Source of the DNA: Silvanigrellaceae bacterium
Lineage (GTDB): Bacteria > Bdellovibrionota_B > Oligoflexia > Silvanigrellales > Silvanigrellaceae
NCBI GenBank assembly: GCA_049423385.1
Contig: JBMSQQ010000074.1
Coordinates: 1-16,544 of the forward strand
Length of the DNA: 16,544 nucleotides
Reading direction: 5' to 3'
Part shown: positions 14,001 to 16,544 of the stretch, piece by piece
Layout of the letters: the number at the start of each line of letters is the position of its first letter
Position numbering within the stretch: the first letter of the stretch is position 1
Notes under the pieces: model-generated
Database searches by the model: none
What the model saw: only the letters and a program-made list of their open reading frames with translations
What the model was told of the DNA's origin: nothing
Program-made: the position numbers and the translations under genes

Positions 14001-16544
14001 TCCGCCCAACACTCCCTCACGCAAGACAATCGGGTCTTTTTGCGTAGATATCGCTGAGTCGCAGCAATGCAATCTGTGGACTTATGCTCTCAAGACTCCG
14101 GTTGATGGCATAAAGATCATCAACCGCGATCTCTACCGCACACGGATTTTCGATCATGAAACAGAACCCCTGATCCCAATCAATGTTGTCGCAACCTACA
14201 ATGGGTCGACGATGGAAAGGGTTTTCAACCTGTCAGTTCAGAACAAGAACGACGCGCCGACAGGCTTGTTATTTGTTCCCGCGTTGCCGCAAAGCGGAGG
14301 CAAATATTATGTTTTCGAGGGTGAAGATCCAGAAACGGTTGTAGGTACCTTCGAAGTGCAGGATCAGGATGTGAATGCTGTCATCAACTGGGATCTTGCC
14401 GACGATCCGGCCGATGGTGACGCGTATTTTGTTCTAACAAAACAGATTTCGAATCAGAAGAAAGCTGATCTCAAGATCGGCAATCTCAATCCATTTCCCG
14501 TGATCACCGACAAGACAAAAGTGTCGATCATTGCGACGGCAAATGACACGCTTGGCATAGCTTCATTGCCGCTCGAATTCAATCTGATTCCCCGACCAAA
14601 GCTTGAGAATCTCACTGTGGGTGCTGTATCAATGCCCGCTGCCAATGGTTTTTACAATCAAGAGCGCAGTACTCCGCTGGAGATCGACTTCAAGTTGGTG
14701 GATGAATCCGGTCAGTCGATTTGCAGCAAGTCCACTGGCGCAGGTGTCGCCGGAATCAGTTTTACTGGAATTGATTCAGTTCTCATTGACTCCTACACGG
14801 TTCAGCAGGTCGCCTCGGGATCGGGGTTCAAGATTTGTCGCGTGACACTCGTTCCCAAGACAAATGTTGCAGGTGAAAACACATTTACACTGGGTGTTCG
14901 TTGGCAGTGGAGCCCGGATTTGCCGGCAGACATTCGAACGTCCCCTTCAACGCTGCAACTTAAGGCTGCCTTCTGGCGTAAGCCGGAACTGCTTTGTCCC
15001 TCGCGCATCAGTCTTCCTGTGGGTGCACCCATCGCGGGGGTGCCCTGTGAAATTGTCTTCAATGATTCTTCCGGGCCCGGCGTTTCGAAGGTTTTGACTC
15101 TCGATGCTGACTGTACAAGTCTGACACTTTCTAGTGGGCAGATCGGCCTCTCTTCCATGCCTGATGTGAGTTGCTCCACGGCAGTCATAGCCACGATTGA
15201 AAACAAATATGGGCAAGCCTTCAATCTTTCGCGCAGTGTCGAAGTGCAACCGATGAAGTTCACGACCAATGGAACGGTCAAGGCCAGTACTCGAGATGAT
15301 TCTGGAAACATCTATCTTGGTGGATCCTTCACCGGTGTGAATCCTATCCCTGCACCTGCAATCACTGCTTTGAATCTTGCAGCTGTTGATGAAGGAACCC
15401 CTGAAAATCCGATTTTCAAATATCACGGCAACCGTGCGGCAAATTGCAACCTCACGGAAGGTTTCAACGGCACGGTGCGTGCCATTGCCGATGCTGGGGA
15501 TGGCTCGTTCTGGGTGGGTGGTGATTTCACTCATTACCGATCAACACAGGTGAATTATCTGACGCGGTTGACCTGCTCGGGTGATCGCGTGACATGGTAT
15601 CCGACCGGTGGTGCTTTCAATGCACCAGTGAACGCGATTGCGGTTGCCGACGATGATTCGGTTTTCGTGGGAGGAAGATTCTCAACCTACAACGGTGTTG
15701 CTGCGAATGGTGTTGTGAAACTCAATCCAGTGGGCGTGCATGATGTGACCTTTGTCAGCGAAATGCCCGCGGGTGCTGTTGTGAATGCCCTGGCATTGAC
15801 TCCCGCGTCGGGAACACAATCGCTTTGGGTAGGTGGTTCCTTCTCTTCTTACGGATGAGTTTTCACACTCAAAAATATGGTGCGGGTTGATCAGACGGGA
15901 GGAAAGCATGCCGGATATACATCTGGCGATGCTTTTGATTCCGAAGTGACCAGTTTGAGCATTTTCACTGAGACACTCGTTGACCCTGATGATTATAGTG
16001 GAGTTCTCGTCGGTGGTCGCTTCCTCAAATATGGGACTGCGCCTGCATTGCGATTGGCCAAGCTCTCTGATTCGGGTGTGCTTGATGCGACTTTCCATAG
16101 TTCTGCGACGGGCTTCAACGGCCGTGTTGACGCTATCGTGAATGACGGAACACATGCTTACGTGGGTGGAATCTTTACTGCCTGGCGTGGAAGTGCGGTG
16201 GGCAATTTTGCGAAGATCGCACTGGGCAATGGCGCGCTTGCAGCTGGGGGGTTCACCCAGCCCGCATTCAACGGTGGCATCAGATCACTGCTGCTCGCAA
16301 ACGGTGGCACGCAGATTCTCGTGGGCGGTTTGTTCACTTCAGTCGCCAACGAGTCTCATTCCCGTTTGGCCCTCATCACGAAGGCAACCGGTGCGGTGGT
16401 CTCTGAATTCAACAACGATCTTGGATTTAATGGTTCAGTGCTGGCATTGGCTTCCATCAACTCCGGAAGTACGGCATTGGTGGGCGGTGAATTCTCTGCG
16501 TTTGAAGGCACAGCTGCGTCACGCCTGGCAAGGTTTGATTCATC
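11008..16544 (+). CDS. Very large putative surface lipoprotein/adhesin (Ig-like + cadherin-like + delta-60 beta-propeller repeats), interrupted by an in-frame TGA at 15856-15858; runs off the right edge
   Basis: GTG start 8 nt after GGGAGG (10994-10999). Leader ends IALACVSC (lipobox candidates Cys35/Cys38). 1616 codons to the TGA, then 228 further stop-free codons in the same frame with the same repeat type. Confidence 0.85.
12499..14600 (+). repeat. About six tandem cadherin-like domains (protein-level repeat)
   Basis: Recurrent motifs: A/VxDxD (AVDDRD, AVDQD, VTDVD, ASDPD, VQDQD), LDFE/PDFE/FDYE/FDHE, and linkers NQNDP (12868), DVNEAP (13237, 13594), NKNDAP (14242). Confidence 0.85.
15259..16544 (+). 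repeat. At least eight delta-60/DUF5122-like beta-propeller blades (protein-level repeat)
   Basis: FNG.V.A...VGG.F..Y.G......L.RL units starting at about 15259, 15460, 15613, 15763, 15931, 16111, 16264 and 16423, spaced about 49-67 codons apart. They continue across the TGA. Confidence 0.85.

Noticed and set aside
15856..15858. Genome-wide UGA reassignment (code 25 UGA=Gly or code 4 UGA=Trp)
   Set aside because: TGA ends hisH, hisF, hisN and the lipoprotein at expected C-termini, including stop/start overlaps, and no other gene here has an internal TGA.
15856..15920. Selenocysteine insertion at the internal TGA
   Set aside because: The position aligns with Gly, not Cys, in a non-redox repeat, and I see no convincing SECIS hairpin 3' of the codon.
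15877..16544. Independent downstream gene starting at ATG 15877
   Set aside because: It begins mid-blade with no SD at proper spacing and no signal peptide; better explained as continuation of the upstream gene.
9022..16544. Genomic island integrated at tRNA-Met
   Set aside because: No integrase, no duplicate of the tRNA 3' end seen in the window, and no obvious compositional shift by eye. A distal att site outside the window cannot be excluded.
1..16544. CRISPR array, DGR template/variable repeats, IS elements
   Set aside because: No regularly spaced nucleotide repeats, near-identical repeat pairs, reverse transcriptase or transposase were seen; repeats are evident only at protein level.

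Overview
Bacterial chromosomal window (standard genetic code 11; TGA is the commonest stop). The left ~9 kb is mostly housekeeping: the 5' end of a divergent gene at the left edge, rlmM-hisH-hisF (+), a secreted hypothetical protein and a short RdgC-like protein (-), a translationally coupled hisN-like IMPase / lipoprotein / DNA topoisomerase III (topB) cluster (+), and an elongator-type tRNA-Met(CAT). The right ~7.4 kb is a cell-surface locus. It holds an exported protein with a Pro-rich linker and a probable C-terminal outer-membrane beta-barrel (-), head-to-head with a very large putative lipoprotein adhesin (+) carrying Ig-like, about 6 cadherin-like and at least 8 delta-60 (DUF5122)-like beta-propeller repeats. 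The most notable observation is that the adhesin's apparent stop (TGA 15856-15858) falls in the middle of a propeller blade. The same frame continues stop-free with intact repeats to the window edge, so it is an internal in-frame stop (probably GGA>TGA), not the natural end. Gene content loosely suggests a Bdellovibrionota/deltaproteobacterial-type organism (inference only). No transposase, integrase, CRISPR array or phage genes were seen.
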